Positions 50,672 through 63,801 of a stretch of 64,000 bases of DNA are shown piece by piece. The DNA is from Octopus sinensis (lineage: Eukaryota). The stretch lies in the NCBI RefSeq assembly GCF_006345805.1, contig NC_043000.1, positions 154,070,001 through 154,134,000 of the forward strand. The letters are read 5' to 3'. Under the pieces are notes generated by a model. The model saw only the letters and a list, made by a program, of their open reading frames with translations. It was not told where the DNA came from and searched no databases. Within the stretch, counting starts at the first letter, position 1, and each line of letters starts with the position of its first letter. The position numbers and the translations under genes were made by a program.

Positions 50672-51770
50672 TCTGTCGGGTTGGATCTCAGTCAGGATAA
50701 ATGCTGTTATATGGTTGTGAAAAGGGGAAAAACTATAAACTATACTAGTAACATCTCTATCAATGATTTGACTATTTCCCCTATATCTGATGAGGAATGT
50801 TACAGGTATCTGGGGGTGGATGAAAACATATCTTACCATTGTAACAAGACATGTGTCACTAAAGAATATTATAGACGAATAAAGAAAATTTGGACCTCAG
50901 AACTCTCTGCATTCAATAAAACAGTGGCCCACAATGTGCTTGCAGTGCCAGTACTCATACTAACATTTGGATTGCTTGATTGGACGCTTTAAGAGATTCG
51001 AGCCATTGATGTGAAAACCCGAAAAATACTAACAAGCACACATAATTTCCATATAAACAGTGACGTAGACGGCCTCTACCTAAAGCGAAAACAAGGCGGC
51101 AGAGGCTTAACGTCGATCCAAAATGCCTTTGAATGTCCTTATACCCCTTTGGCAACAACTTTTAACTACCAAGTATCGAAATGCATCCCTTGATCAAGTT
51201 GGCATACATGAGGCTGATAACAAAATAAGACTTGGAAGGCAGCTCCTCGAGCAACAATCGTTGTCTGATAACCTAGAGTACATGCCCAAAGAAGTCGCAC
51301 GACTCTACCGCAACGTATCATCAGATGAACGGATGAGCCTGTATGAGCAGAAGACTATGCATCGATATGTCAGTAGAAAGCTCTGAGATGATAGTAACAT
51401 CGATCATCAAGGCAGTTTATCATGGACCAATAGCCGGATTACTACCTCCCACTTTGAAGAGTATACGTTTGCAATCCAGGAACAGGAAATATCAACCAAG
51501 TACCTGACGCACAAAAGGAATAGAGATGCAGGAAAAGCAGTAAAATGTGACAACCGATGCAGACTTTGTGGAGTTAACACCGAAGATATCACCCACATCA
51601 TAGGAAGTTGTCCGAAAATGTCATCACGGTATTATCTGCCGATGGGACATGATGTAGCAAGGACATTATATAATGAAATCCGTCGGAAGGATAACTCCGA
51701 AGATAAGAAATAAGAGTTTCACAATATAGTGGAAGACATAGTCACTCATAATAAAAAGGAGAAAACTAAT
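50672..51770 (+). mobile_element. R4/Dong-clade LINE internal fragment (RT end to CCHC knuckle), degraded
   Basis: YRYLGVDE, VDGLYLKRKQGGRGL, FAIQEQEISTKY, CRLCG..EDITHIIGSC. Confidence 0.85.
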
Positions 51771-52060
51771 TCGAAGACTACAGATCCAATCCATCACTGG
51801 AACTGTAAAAATCTATAAAACTTTCCAGAAGTTTATCACTTAAATATATGAGCATTTCTAAATATGCAACTCTATGCATGAGAATACATACATAAAACAT
51901 ACAAATCTCCACATACATACATACAAAATACCTTGTTGATGTTGAAATTCCAATGAAGGAGCCTTGGATCTAGGTTAGAAACCGACTCTTTCTCTATTGG
52001 CAAGAAATCTTGAAATAAAATTGAACAATGACATACATACGTACGTACTTATATACATGT

Positions 52061-52456
52061 GGGCACGGACATGTCAGTGTGATTAAGAAGTTTGCTTCCC
52101 ACCACTTGAATCCGGGTTTATTCCCATTGCGTAGCATCTTGGCCAAGGGCAAATGTCTTCTTCTAGAGCCCCAGGCCGACTATCAAAGTCTTGTTAGAGG
52201 ACTTGGTTGACGGAAACTGAAAGAAGCCCATTATGTGTGTATGTTTGTGTGTGTGTATATGTGCGTGCGCGAATGTGTGTGTATCCGTGTCTTTGTATTT
52301 ATATTTGCCCTGTAAAATAGCGGTTCGGCAAAAGAAACTAATAGAATAAATACCAGGCTTTAAAAAGTATTTAACTTGGTTCATTTGTTTAAAACCCTTC
52401 AAAGTGGTACTCCAGCATGGCTACGGTCCAATAACTGAAACAAATAAGAGATAAAT
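52061..52456 (+). mobile_element. CORE-type SINE family A, diverged
   Basis: GACGGAAACTGAAAGAAGCCC and CTCCAGCATGGCTACGGTC. Confidence 0.75.
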
Positions 52457-52649
52457 AATGTGTGTGTGTGTGTGTGTGTTGTCTGTGTCTGTGTGAGTGT
52501 ATGTGTGTGAGTGTATGTGTGTGTGAGCGTATGTGTGTGTGTGTCTGTGTGTGTGTGAGTGTATGTGTGTGAGTGTGTGTGTGTGTGAGTGTATGTGTGT
52601 GAGCGTATGTGTGTGTGTGTAAGTGTGTGTGTGCACTATTCTCTCAGGA

Positions 52650-53330
52650 ATGCCTCAGCATAAACGAAGACGAGTAGAATTTCTACTTGACTTCTCTAAT
52701 ATAATGTTCATAGAGCTAATAATATCAATCCAACCAAAGCAAGAATATTCTAGATCCCTGATTCACTAATCCATAATGTGAAGATGACTCCGAATATTGT
52801 CTCAGATCACAACATACTAGACCTCAAAATGTACGATCCAAAGGAGACTGTCGAGATGCATTCTAAAAGAGACCCTAGAAACTTTATCCGGCCTGAAATT
52901 CCCAAAGTCAACTGGAAATTGATTCCCAAAGAGATCTTCAACCGTAGCTCGAACACTTTCTCTTTTTTTACCAGACAATGAATTAAAATTTAGGCAGTTT
53001 ATATCAATAATGCAAACATATACATTAAATTTGTCCCAGAGAAAAACGCCAACATACGCAAAAATGTAATTCTCAGTAGAAAATTTCTTAAGAGAGGGAG
53101 AACGAAAAGGCTCAAATTGCTTAAATAAACAACTCAAGGACAGTGAAAATCCCTTTTAAAAGGACACTCCTGGAAATTGAAAACGAAATCAGCCACTCCC
53201 ACAATAGGAGAAAGAACGGAAAGAGAAACCATAGCTGTAGAGAGTATGAAAACAGACCATAAAGATTTCTCAGAATTTGCAAAATAATCATCTTCAGTAC
53301 AATGCAAAATATATTAAGAAATAACTCTCT
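52650..53330 (+). mobile_element. Degraded LINE endonuclease/linker fragment
   Basis: NILD ... IVSDHNILDLKM resembles the APE C-terminal SDH motif; several stops. Confidence 0.5.
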
Positions 53331-53332
53331 TA

Positions 53333-53718
53333 TCTATATGAAGCTGAAGTTGTCTGTGTGTGGCAGGTTTGGTAGCCTTTAACTAACAATATCTCCTCTA
53401 AGACCCTGCGGCGCAAGTTGACCAAAATTGAGAGTATGATAGAAGAAGGCTTGCTCTTCATTCCGTAGAAGATAAAATTCAATTCGGACCATGTTAAGAC
53501 CAAAAATTATTTATATCAAAAAGGTGCTTTTTTTCTATAAAAATTCCTACTTTTTACGATGTTTTGACTGCTGTGTCGCCATTTTTCGGTGTATTTCAAC
53601 CAGAAAAATGTACACTTAATGAAAATAACAAGCTACATAAGGCAAAAGTTTTACTTTTCAAAAATTCTAATTCTAAAGAATCGAAACAAATCCGAGCAAC
53701 GCCGGACGATACTGCTAG
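53333..53718 (+). mobile_element. Non-autonomous Helitron H2 (different body, H1-type 3' end)
   Basis: A|TCTATATG start; CCGAGCAACGCCGGACGATACTGCTAG|T end. Confidence 0.75.
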
Positions 53719-54289
53719 TTGCTGGATAAATGGAACACTAAATGAACAGCTCGAACGTGTTTTCGCATCCCTCACGAGACACCAGCAAATATACTTGAGG
53801 AGTTCTTTGAGCGACAATTGGTATAAAGGAGAAATATGTAATATATCATTTTTCTTCTTTTTTTCTACTTTCTGAATTAGTAAGTAGGAAATACGTCTTT
53901 GATCATCGCAGGCTTTCCGCGACAGGTGATTCTGATGTCGTTAGTGTTGCAGGTTTAACACCTGTATAAAGACAAGCAAACAGAAGATTCAAGCAGAAGA
54001 TTCCAGATGACCAATGTTCTGGAAAGGAAGTATGAGACATTTTGATTAATGAGGAGCCAGGGGTTGAATGCACAGGGGTGAAACGAGGTAAAAAAAAAAC
54101 GAGAGGATCGAGGGGTGCTGAGTGATTAAGTATGAGACCAATTAGTGCCGATGAACTGAAGAAATAAGCTTAAATTAAATAAGGGCCCAGATGGATTCTC
54201 GACAATTCAGCGGGATGGCGTCGTTCGAAGGCATTGTGACCAGCGATGTGTAGCAACATCTGATGGTCTGGTCGGTCGCGTGATCACGT

Positions 54290-54433
54290 GATATATATAT
54301 ATATATTATATACATACATATGCATATATATATATATATGCATACATATGCATATATATATACATACATATATATATATGCATATAAAACATATGCATAT
54401 ATAAATATATATACATATGCCTATATATACATA

Positions 54434-54476
<43 letters not shown>

Positions 54477-54763
54477 GCCATATATATATACATATGCATA
54501 TATATATATACATATGCATATATATATATATATATATATGCATATATATATATATATGCATATATATAATATATATATATTATATATGCATATATATATA
54601 TATATATGCATATATATATATGCATATATATATGCATATATATATATACATATGCATATATATATACACATATGTATATATATATATATATACATATGCA
54701 TATATATATACATATGTATATATGCATATATATATATAAACATATGCCTATATATACATATGC

Positions 54764-54794
<31 letters not shown>

Positions 54795-54908
54795 AATATA
54801 TATACATATGCATATATATATACATATGCATATATATATACATATGCATATATATATATATTATGCATATATATATATATATACATATGCATATATCAAT
54901 ATATATAT
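54290..54908. repeat. (TA)n/(TATGCA) compound microsatellite
   Basis: Direct inspection. Confidence 0.95.
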
Positions 54909-55659
54909 ACTAGCATTAAAGACCCGCCGTTGCCGGGTCATAGTGCTAGTGCATGTATATATGTGTATATATATGTGTACATATTACATGTACATCTATA
55001 TATATATATACATCTACACATAAAATACAAAATACAAAGTTATATCTTGATATCGCTAGTGATAACAATACTCAAAATATATAACAGACTGGAATTGTTA
55101 ACCCGTCTCTTGTAATTTCGATCAATTGTATCTTGTCCTCCCTCTTGTATAGAAGTGTGGCTACAATCCAGCCTACCTCTACTTCTGGGGGGGGGGGGCA
55201 TTTAAAATTTTTTCCAGGACGACCTACGTCCCAGATATAAAGGTAAAAATAAAATATTTCCACTTTGCAAGTTCGAGTCGAGTACACCCTTGCACGCTCC
55301 ATCGACTCGAACCTTGCTTCTATTGTGGCGAATTTACCGCCTCTGATTAGATATCTTTCATAGTCGCATCAAGACACTTTTCGAAGGTGCTTTCCTCCAG
55401 GTGTTCAAATCTTTTTTCTCTACATTGTATACTTTATAGACAATAGTCTTTTCTTTAATTTAATTTTTTATTATCCATCTGGACTATTCCATTTCTACAC
55501 GCTAATTTTATATTTAATTTATTCCCATTCATGTGAAACCACTTATTCAAGTTCAAACCATTGATGCAATTTTATACCAATTGCTATTTTTACTTTTGTT
55601 ATGTTACGATTATATTATACTTTAGTTAGATTTTAATTATTACTTACTACATATAATTT

Positions 55660-55927
55660 ATTGTTAAAGTGAAAGTATCTGACATAAAATAGAGAAATGT
55701 GTTTGTTTCACTTTTAACACGTAATACTGAAATAGTGGAGAAGATATGATATTGCTATGGGCTCGCTCTAGGCAAGAAGTTGAACATTTTTTGCCCATGA
55801 AACTACATGGACCCTAAGAAAGGCATGTGTAAAATTTGAATGACATTGGTTGTGTAGTTCTCAAGTTTTAGGGAAACACACAGACAGACAGACAGACAGA
55901 CACACATTCTCAGTTTTATATATATAA

Positions 55928-55930
<3 letters not shown>
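55660..55930 (-). mobile_element. Helitron-like 5' end fragment
   Basis: Minus strand A|TCTTTATATATATAAAAC then (CTGT)n; inner boundary uncertain. Confidence 0.55.
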
Positions 55931-55989
<59 letters not shown>

Positions 55990-56710
55990 CTGACTCTTGC
56001 CCAAAGTGTTCTGTGCAATGAGTCTGAACCCGAATCTTCGAGGTTGCGAAATGAACTTCTCAGCCGCAGAGTCAGCCGGTACCTAAGTAACTTAAATATA
56101 GTAAAACTGTCCTAGCAAAGTTGTCAAAGTGGTTGTTAGATAATGCTTGTCAAAAGTTTAATCTGCTGTGTGGAGCTCTGATGCGTATAAAATACATTTC
56201 TTTCTTAAATCCCCATATAACACCAAAGATTTGTAACTTGATAAATTTGATAACATAACGACCGCCCACGTCTTTAAATTTAATCCTAATTCACACTAAA
56301 TATCATTTGATCGGCCACATAGTTATTAATGTAACACCACCCACGAAACAGATCATTTTCTTTCGTACCAATGAAGCAGTTTATGAGCCAATTAAAGGAC
56401 TTGATCTGCTAGAAATATCAGCTGGATCCCCCTCAAACTACAACCCAATGTCTTGAAAATGGACGATCTTATTCAACAGTGTAGTCAAAGATATAAAAAA
56501 GTTGTGATGGTCAGAACTGGAATATATATGTGCATATATACATATTTACATACATATATATGCATATATGCATACATATATATATGTGTGTGTGTGTGTG
56601 TATGTGTGTGTGTGTGTGTGGTGTGTGTGCGTGTATGTAAACAAATAACAACAGAAGAACTGTGGTTCACTACAACTGTTTCAGATGTTTTCTTTTAGTT
56701 GGTGCTTTAC

Positions 56711-56741
<31 letters not shown>

Positions 56742-56751
56742 CATACATACA

Positions 56752-56780
<29 letters not shown>

Positions 56781-56783
<3 letters not shown>

Positions 56784-56910
56784 AAGTATATCGGACACAC
56801 ATGCATATAAAGTATATCGGACATATATACATATAAAGTATATCGGACACACATGCATATAAAGTATATCGGACATATATACATATAAAGTATATCGGAC
56901 ACACATGCAC
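56781..56910. repeat. 26-bp minisatellite, five units alternating A-B-A-B-A
   Basis: ATAAAGTATATCGGACACACATGCAT / ATAAAGTATATCGGACATATATACAT. Confidence 0.95.
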
Positions 56911-57351
56911 AAGGTATGTGTTTTGCTAGCTGGTGGGTAGGCTGCGCTTATAGGCGTAACAGAATATATTCTCATCAGTTCGCCTGGTGTTAAAACACCT
57001 GGAAGTCATAGGCAAGCAATGTTGGAAATTATCTTGAAACCGAGTAAGACTACTACTACCTAAACTCAGTAAATCCAAGCAAATGTTTCATGCGTGCAAG
57101 CTGTTCCTGTGCGTAAATTTGTTTTTTTAGTGGATAAAGTACTGCACAGAATTGAAACCACTTTTCAGTGCAATCAGCTATAAAACCATTGGCACAACAG
57201 AGGCTGAGACAAGTTGAAACTAATTACACTTTAGGTTTTTTTGTACGCGTTTACCTTCTCCTTAGAAGGAAGTTTTAATGAGGATAAGAAGTCCTTCACT
57301 TCCAGTAGTTCACATAGCTGGGAATATATCAGGTACTTGTAGGACTCTCTC

Positions 57352-57750
57352 TCTCTCTTTTACTTGTTTCAGTCATTTGACTGCGGCCATGCTGGAGCAC
57401 CGCATTTAGTCGAGCAAATCGACCCCGGGACTTATTCTTTTGTAAGCCCAGTACTTATTCTATCGGTCTCTTTTGCCGAACCGCTAAGTGACGGGGACGT
57501 AAACACACCAGCATCGGTTGTCAAGCAATGCTAGGGGGACAAACACAGACACACAAACACACACACATATATATATATATACATACATATATACGACGGG
57601 CTTCTTTCAGTTTCCGTCTACCAAATCCACTCACAAGGCATTGGTCGGCCCGGGGCTATAGCAGAAGACACTTGCCCAAGATGCCACGCAGTGGGATTGA
57701 ACCCGGAACGATGTGGTTGGTTAGCAAGCTACTTACCACACAGCCACTCC
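57352..57750 (-). mobile_element. CORE-type SINE family A
   Basis: Family A blocks. Confidence 0.9.
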
Positions 57751-58417
57751 CACTGAGAACAATTGTCGTAAAAAGTAGTTCCTGTTACTTCTCCACGCAG
57801 TCCAAGGATCATATTTCCATCGATTACCCCAACCAGATATCTCAGCAGTATCGACATCCGATCACACGACCAATCGGCAACAATGCGTGACAGTATCTTT
57901 AAACGCTCATCTACTTCGTTTCACTTTTGTCTGCACATTTGCGTTCATATAAAACTCTGAACAACTTAAATTGATATTAAACAATGCGTAGTGCCGAGGC
58001 GATATAAACATATCGAAAGAAAGAAAGATGAATTTTTTACCATGAAGCCACCTCAATTTTGGGAAGAGGGTATTTTCAAGTTAAAGGAAAGATGGAAACG
58101 CATCGTGCAACAATATGGTTCATATTTGGTTGATTAAAAATGTAATGGCAAGTATTTATTGACCTTTTTCTTTCCTTTTAAAAATCGGCACGAACTATCT
58201 GGACAACCCAATAGTTTTAATAATCACAACACAAATTACTGGATTTGAACCTTCCTTCAATGATTTTCATTTAACAATGACTATTTCTATATCGAAAAGA
58301 AGAAAAGTGTAGCCGAAAACAATAGTGTTTGCAGAAAACAAAAATGTTATTTGTGTATACACACACACACACACATGTATATATATCTTTTATCCTTTGC
58401 TTGTTTCAGTCATATGC

Positions 58418-58574
58418 ATACATGTATGCATACATACATACATACATAAATACATACATATATACATAAATACATACATACATACATAAATACATACATA
58501 CATACATACATACATACATACATACATACATAAATACATACATACATAAATACATACATATATACATAAATACA

Positions 58575-58608
<34 letters not shown>

Positions 58609-58662
58609 CATAAATACATACATACATACATATATACATACATACATACATACATACATACA
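58418..58662. repeat. (ACAT)n microsatellite forming the tail of the minus-strand RTE
   Basis: Direct inspection. Confidence 0.95.
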
Positions 58663-60770
58663 CAATGGCCGCTTCCTCGTTCTCGAGTTTAGCCGTCGCC
58701 TGAAGCACTTCAGAATCGGTCTCATATATGATCAACCCGGGTATGGATTTTCAGGCCAGTAAGTGCCCTTCACTCATGTTACATCATGATTCCCCCCCCC
58801 CAACAACAACAACCTGATCCACTTGTTGGTCTTCATGCACTGTCAAGTGACATTTCAAGCACCCGGCATATTGGCAAACAGTGGCATATTTATAGCTTAA
58901 TCCAAGTCAAGTATCTGTACATGACATCTTTTGCGACATTTCAGTCCCGCTCTGCTGAAGTAGACTCTCCCAAATTCTTTGCATGTCAGCTCACTCTGAT
59001 CACCCACATCTCCCGAAAATATCGAGTCCACAACCTTTCTAGAATCCCTCCTCAACTTCTTGTGATTTCTTTAAGCTTTAATTTCTAAATTTTCACTTCT
59101 GTCATATGTTGCTTTCCTTCATCTTCTCCGATCTTTTGCAGTTTCTTCTCAATCCTTTTCCGAGCTGTTTTCTTCAAGGATGTTTTTTTTTATGAAATCT
59201 TTGAATCTCAGCTTAGGTTTATGAAGTGGGCGCTTTCCATTCCTCAGCTCACCATACGGACGTTACTTCAGAGTCCTCCTGTCCTCCATTGTCACTAAGT
59301 GACTCACTCACCGGAGAAGCGCTGCAAAATGATTGACTCGATATTTCGACTGTGATGTCTTTCAAGGTCCTCAACATGACTCACGTGGTTGAAGACACTA
59401 CGTAGGGACACTGCTGGTGAAAGTACTCCGCCAGTTTCAGATCCTTTTAGTAGGTTACCTACGATTCACAAGTGGACAACGGGAAGGATAACACACCTGT
59501 TAAGTACATTTTTACCATAGTACCAGTAGAGATATCATATTGAGACCGTAGGTGTTTTCCCAACTTTCTGAAAGCATCACCGGCTTCGCTGATATTTAGC
59601 GAGGTTTCATTGTCAAGAGTGCATGGTATATTAAAGGTTCTGCTCAGATAAACAAACTTGTCCACAACTTGAAGCTTCTGACCATACACTTGGATGTTTA
59701 GGTCCATGTATAGCACACCTGGTGTAAGATCATATAAGACAACAGTCTTTTATGTGTTGCATGTCTTCGTTGTAAACAAAGAGGCCACAGTCATCTCCGT
59801 ATGACTTTTGAATTTATACTGATGCATCTTATGTTCCCAGATGTACGAAACCTGATATATATTTCATATGGACACTCATTAAAAGCCATTACAAATAGCA
59901 GTGTAAATACAGTGAAACGGCGTTAGCGCTGAAATATTGCCTTGTTTGATACCATTATTCACAGTAACAGAACCAGATACATTCCCACCGACATTCACCC
60001 AGGCCTTCATATTGTCATGGAATTGACGCAGAATTGTCACAAACTTATTTGAACACCCGAATTTCCTTGATATCTTCCAAAAAGCTTATTTGTTTACTGT
60101 GTTAAATGTCTGTCAAGTCAACAAACACTTCACATAGATCCATTCTCTGTTCGATACACTTTTCCCGTAGTTGCCTAGACCTTATCAATCTCAATTGTAT
60201 CTCTTCGTCTTCTAAAACCATTCTGAGATTCCGAAAGAACATCATAAACTATGTACGAAAGTAGTTTACCGAGCATAACTTTAAACAAAACCGTACCAGT
60301 AGCAGAAAGCAACGATATCCCTCGGTAGTTGTCACAGTCGTCTTTTTCCCCTTTTCCCTTATACAGTACAACCACGAGAACATCTTTCCAGTCTTGTGGA
60401 AGTATCTCATCATCCCAAATCTTCTGTATTACGGAGTTAAGTCGGTGTGTTAAATTTTGATTTCCACACTTAGAGATCTCCACATGCAGACCATCCATAC
60501 TAGGAAACTTGCCGTTGTTCAATTTCCTAATTGCGTGTTTGACTTCTTCAAATGAAGGGAGCTCTGCAAGGACATCTTTGTCAGATCGACATGGTACTGA
60601 CTCACTGAAGTCGTCAGCAACCTCTGACGGTCGATTTAAAGTTTGTCAATGAGTCCTTTCCACCTGCATGGTATTTCTTTTGACTGCCGAAGTACAGATT
60701 TGCCATCTTTAGTTCGTAATAGGGCAATGGGAGAAGACGAAGGTATATATGCCTCATGAAAGAGACCGAT
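58663..60770 (-). mobile_element. RTE-clade LINE, 5'-truncated and degraded
   Basis: PQDWKD..LYKGKGEKDDCDNYRGISLLS, SQNGFR, VDKFVYL, YGELRNGKRP..PKLRFKD; zinc-finger remnants near 58834-58992. Confidence 0.9.
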
Positions 60771-61020
60771 ATTTAATTTATTTTTTTATATAATTAAAGC
60801 AATGCCTTTTGCGTCAAGCTGTATCCCAATTAGAATAGGGTATAATATGTTTTCTACTCCGGTAATCAGATCAGATACGGTAATACAATAAACATAGCTG
60901 ATTTATTTATAGATAAAAGAGATGCAAATGATGAGACATGTGGGTAGGTAGGGTTGCAAATATAATTATAAATTAACAATCATTGTTGTTGCCTGATTAA
61001 CTGGTATTTATTTCAAAAGT

Positions 61021-61248
61021 GGCGAGCTGGAAGAAACGTTAGCACGCCGGGCGAAATGCTTACCGGTATTTCGTCTGCCGCTACGTTCTCGGTTCAAATT
61101 CCGCCGAGGTCGACTTTGCCTTTCATTCTTTCGGGATCGATAAATTAAGTACCAGTTACGCACTGGGGTCGATGTAATCGACTTAATACCTATGTCTGTC
61201 CTTGTTTGTCCCCTCTGTGTTTAGCCCCTTGTGGGTAGTAAAGAAATA
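61021..61248 (+). mobile_element. Deu/Nin-like SINE, tail A, with 15-bp flanking direct repeat
   Basis: GGTATTTATTTCAAA at 61003-61017 and 61249-61263. Confidence 0.9.
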
Positions 61249-62509
61249 GGTATTTATTTCAAACAAGATATGGTCTTAGTTCAAGCCAACGCTTGAATAT
61301 TAAACTTCGCATGAAGTATTTTATAACTTTTATCTATAAGTATTTTCCGGCTTGTGTTGGCAACAGAAGTCTTGAGACGATTCGAAGGATATTTATCTCC
61401 TCTTTTGTTTGTCGCCATATATATAGCTGGCTTTTAACTTTTCCGACCAAGGCTGTTCAGAACGAACGGTTGGTTTTTGAGGAGGTCTGGCAGATGCATG
61501 TAACACATCTGTTAGCTAAATGGTGTATTTAAAGTTCATCGCTCTTTCTTAAGTTGTCTGTCATTTTATTTACAGTATTATTCAATTTATACTAATGTAA
61601 TGTCTTTATCGTTTTATTTAATTACGTTTTAGCAGTCGTTAATTCTTAGGTTTTGTATACAAATTTCATGCATGTATATTGTTGTTATTTAATTTTGTAA
61701 ATTTCGTAATTTCTTTTATCGTCATGACTTTTAATCCCTTTCCAGATAGAATATGCAACGCTTGCTACACTAATTTCACAGCTTAATACAACACATATGT
61801 TAGCAAGTAAGTGTAATTATGGTTCGCAGTTTTTCTTAATTGTGATTGTAATTGGCTAGTCGTTTAGTAGTTCTCATGTACTGTCCTTTTCCATTTTATA
61901 TATTCCGTCTCAGTAGCCATTAAAATGTATATCTTAGTAATAAGTTCATTATTCCCTTTATTTGTGTTTATTAAGCATTCGCGTAATGTTTGCTTGCTCC
62001 GTTAATTTCACTGGGTGGGGTACTTTTTGTAGTATCTTTCTTGTTATAGACAGATTGTATATGATTAACATTTTACGTCGTTGTTGGTTCGGAAAGATGC
62101 CTATGTTTCATAGACTTTCTGGTATCATAAATACATATATATGTTATATCTTGTCATTCCTTCCCGGATAGCTTTTAAACATTTTACGAGCGCTATAGAC
62201 ACAACTGGAATATATAATACTGTTAGGTGTCGAAACCATAATCATTCCGAGTAGTACAGCTAATGACGGGATGTCTATGTCCATTTAGATTAAGTTGTTA
62301 TCATTGCGATGTTCATGTAGTTGTTTACAATTCCCCCTTTTGGTTTGACCAGGAATATATTCTTTAAAATATTGATTGCATTACCATTTGTTGCTCTGAT
62401 CTTGTTAGGGTTCTTCAATTGTGTATTTTGTGACTAAGCCTAGCTTTATTCTTTTTGCCATTTATTGAATCTATTTTTTTGTTTTGTTTTTTGTTTATTT
62501 TTTTTTTTG

Positions 62510-63708
62510 CAAAGAGGGTGAGTGCATCAAGGTCTCTTTGCTTTACAATCTTCAAGAAAAAGTAAAAATAAGCATCCTTTGAATTTCAGTTGTTAGAATG
62601 TGTGCACACTTCTTGATGATAATTTCAACAAGAAGCCAGAAAGGTGTCCTGCACTTATTGCATGTGAGCTCAAGAAATATTCCCTTGTTATAGTTGCGCT
62701 CTCTGGTGAAAATCAAGTAAATGAACCTGCTTATGGATATACTATCTTTTGGAGAAGCCTACCTAAGGGTCAGCGTAGAGAACCTGGTGTTGTGTTTGCT
62801 CTCAAAATACATTAGTATCCTCCATTGCAGAGCTTCCAAGTGGTATATCTGAACGAACCATGTCATGCCGTATTAAACTGACTAAAGGTAGGTTTCTTAC
62901 CGTTGTCAGTATTTATGCACCAACAATGTCCCATTCTGATGAAACTGTGGGACAGTTTTATGACGATCTAGCACGATTATTGAGGAAAGTACCAATTTCT
63001 GACAAGGTGGTCATATTGGGAGATTTCAATAGAAGAGTTGGAAAGGACTATGTTTCATGGCCTGTTTTAGGTCAACATGGGATTGGAAAATGCAATAAAA
63101 ATGGAGTTCTTTTAACGTTTTGTACTGAGAATAATCTGGTTGTCACCAACACTCTGTTTAAGTAGAAAAATAAATATAAAACCACCTGAATGCACCCAAG
63201 ATCTAAGCACTTGGAATGGTTCCAGAAGATATAGAAACCCTTGCTTCGGATCGAGTTGGATGGTAAACAAAGGTGTGGAGTGGAGTAAAAGCATTCGAAG
63301 AAGACAGGATAACGCAAGTAAGACCCAAAAGAGATCTAAGGAAGAATATAACGATCGAGAAGGTGAATGACAATGACCTTTTTGTGTGCACAGTCTGTGA
63401 CAGACCATACCTGCCTTTGGCTGGCCTCAAATCTCATCTGCGAACACATGGAAAACGAACCTCCACCAATCTATGCTGACTATATGTCTGCGCACACCTT
63501 TGAATGCCAGAAGGTTTCCAAATACAACGGAGGCCTTAAAAGAAATGTTAATATCCACAATGAACAGAACTTATCTGCAGGTATTGGTGGCCCAAATCAG
63601 AGGTGCAATCTATGTGGGTGTCTTTTTCAGAACATTGTCCGGTTTAAAAAGCCACATCAAGTGTAGGTACAGGAGGTGGTCAAACTCTGTATAAGGAGTA
63701 GACAACCA

Positions 63709-63712
<4 letters not shown>
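62510..63712 (+). mobile_element. RTE-clade LINE with APE domain joined directly to the C-terminal zinc-finger tail (RT deleted)
   Basis: VSIYAPT, LGDFN, TNTLF, HPRSKH, then at about 63210 ETLASDR.W and CTVCDRPYLPLAGLKSHLRTH; (TA)n(TATG)n tail. Confidence 0.85.
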
Positions 63713-63785
<73 letters not shown>

Positions 63786-63801
63786 TGTATGTATGTATGT
63801 A
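63711..63801. repeat. (TA)n(TATG)n microsatellite, RTE tail
   Basis: Direct inspection. Confidence 0.95.
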
